From Nitrosopumilus sp. (lineage in GTDB: Archaea; Thermoproteota; Nitrososphaeria; Nitrososphaerales; Nitrosopumilaceae): DNA of 64,000 nucleotides. The stretch covers positions 224,001-288,000 of the forward strand of contig OZ245003.1 of the NCBI GenBank assembly GCA_965223425.1, written 5' to 3'. A program made the translations under genes and the position numbers. Below, one piece after another: positions 63,723 to 64,000 of the stretch. Each line of letters begins with the position of its first letter. Positions within the stretch are counted from its first letter, which is position 1. Under the pieces are notes generated by a model. It was not told where the DNA came from. It saw only the letters and a program-made list of their open reading frames with translations, and ran no database searches.

Positions 63723-64000
63723 GACTCTACTGCATATCGCAGTAATGAAATTATCCCACCTAGGCCTGTAACCCTTAAACCAATATCTGTAGACGAGTCA
63801 ACACTGTAAATTTTCACTCCCCTGCCCTCAGAATCATTTAGAAAACCTATCATTCTTTGTTCATCATCTTGTATTGCTTTGTCTGAAAATACCAGAGACT
63901 CTACTGCGCCTAATTGATTTGCATTAAATGTTTCATCAAATCCCATAGTAAATTTCCTGCTCTTCTTGTTTGCAAGTAGCATCACTTCATCAATAATTGC
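63719..64000 (-). CDS. pelA: Pelota (aPelota) mRNA-surveillance protein, C-terminal part
   Basis: eRF1_3 domain GAVESLVFSD...GLGGIISLLRY; 5' part outside window. Confidence 0.8.
   Translation of the reverse strand, partial: AIIDEVMLLANKKSRKFTMGFDETFNANQLGAVESLVFSDKAIQDDEQRMIGFLNDSEGRGVKIYSVDSSTDIGLRVTGLGGIISLLRYAVES

Overview
AT-rich archaeal chromosome segment. Gene content and order (cbi genes, bacterial-type metK, Sm, Lhr, RPA, grpE-dnaK-dnaJ, gatDE, dhs, cdc48, rpl2, SRP RNA, pelota, two tRNAs) point to a Nitrosopumilaceae (Nitrososphaerota) genome. The window is heavily invaded by GC-richer IS elements (IS630, ISH3-like, IS5-like, IS6-like, IS66, IS110, a MITE, TnpB) and holds many pseudogenes (surface-glycan genes, USP, urease), as expected in an eroding, probably host-associated lineage. 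The most unusual signal is four independent, unrelated sites where about 31-43 bp of local sequence is duplicated around a 34-42 bp foreign insert; three have a period of exactly 73 bp. This looks like ectopic CRISPR-type spacer integration (single-spacer neo-arrays) rather than a normal array. Other notable items: an apparently intact TnpB bounded by IS6-type 25-bp inverted repeats, a cargo-carrying IS6-type transposon in a USP gene, an IS110 with long non-coding ends, and a nickel/ureohydrolase locus with a His-tailed chaperonin whose urease has been deleted. All family calls are from motif recognition by eye; no searches were run.
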